A stretch of DNA of 64,000 bases. Origin: Escherichia phage N2. Position numbers and translations under genes: made by a program. The notes below the pieces were generated by a model that was not told the origin of the DNA, did not search any database, and worked only from the letters and a program-made list of their open reading frames with translations. Location: the sequence record ON645936.1, one strand, 5' to 3'. Shown piece by piece: positions 63,785 to 64,000 of the stretch; position 1 is the first letter of the stretch; every line of letters starts with the position of its first letter.

Positions 63785-64000
63785 ATGTTTGGTTATTTTT
63801 ATAATTCGTCTTTTAGACGATATGCTACCTTGATGGGCGATTTGTTTTCAAATATCCAAATCAAACGTCAGTTAGAATCTGGTGATAAGTTTATACGTGT
63901 TCCTATTACGTATGCATCAAAGGAACACTTCATGATGAAATTAAATAAATGGACGTCGATAAATTCACAAGAAGATGTAGCTAAAGTTGAAACTATTCTA
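63785..64000 (+). CDS. 15: tail sheath stabiliser / tail terminator gp15 (3' end outside the window)
   Basis: N-terminus MFGYFYNSSFRRYATLMGDLFSNIQIKRQ; open to the window end. Confidence 0.85.
   Translation, partial: MFGYFYNSSFRRYATLMGDLFSNIQIKRQLESGDKFIRVPITYASKEHFMMKLNKWTSINSQEDVAKVETIL

Overview
This window reads as a T4-like (Tevenvirinae) myovirus genome segment. Coordinates 343-44620 carry minus-strand early/middle genes in T4 order: 46, 47, a-gt, 55, nrdH, nrdG, nrdD (split by a group I intron carrying an I-TevII-like ORF), 49, nrdC, a hyperplastic block of about 10 kb, rI, tk, regB, the vs.x genes, ipII, denV, e, nudE, an 8-tRNA cluster with segB, internal-protein genes, 57B, 57A, 1, 3, 2 and 4. 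Coordinates 44668-64000 carry plus-strand late baseplate/tail/neck genes 53, 5, 5.4, 6-12, wac, 13, 14 and 15. All identifications come from reading the translated ORFs against remembered T4 proteins, motifs and gene order; no database search was run. Points of interest are eight homing-endonuclease genes (HNH and GIY-YIG), many early promoters with a fixed 18-nt spacer plus tetraloop hairpins, and a rearranged denV/ipII locus with a denV remnant. The best candidate for an undescribed system is a translationally coupled nucleotidyltransferase / 2-TM membrane protein cassette with two upstream paralogs (22345-24904), next to a candidate ADP-ribosyltransferase; a macro-domain protein, Acb1 and a positional Vs.4 candidate are also present. 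A likely +1 frameshift in an A7 tract splits one gene.
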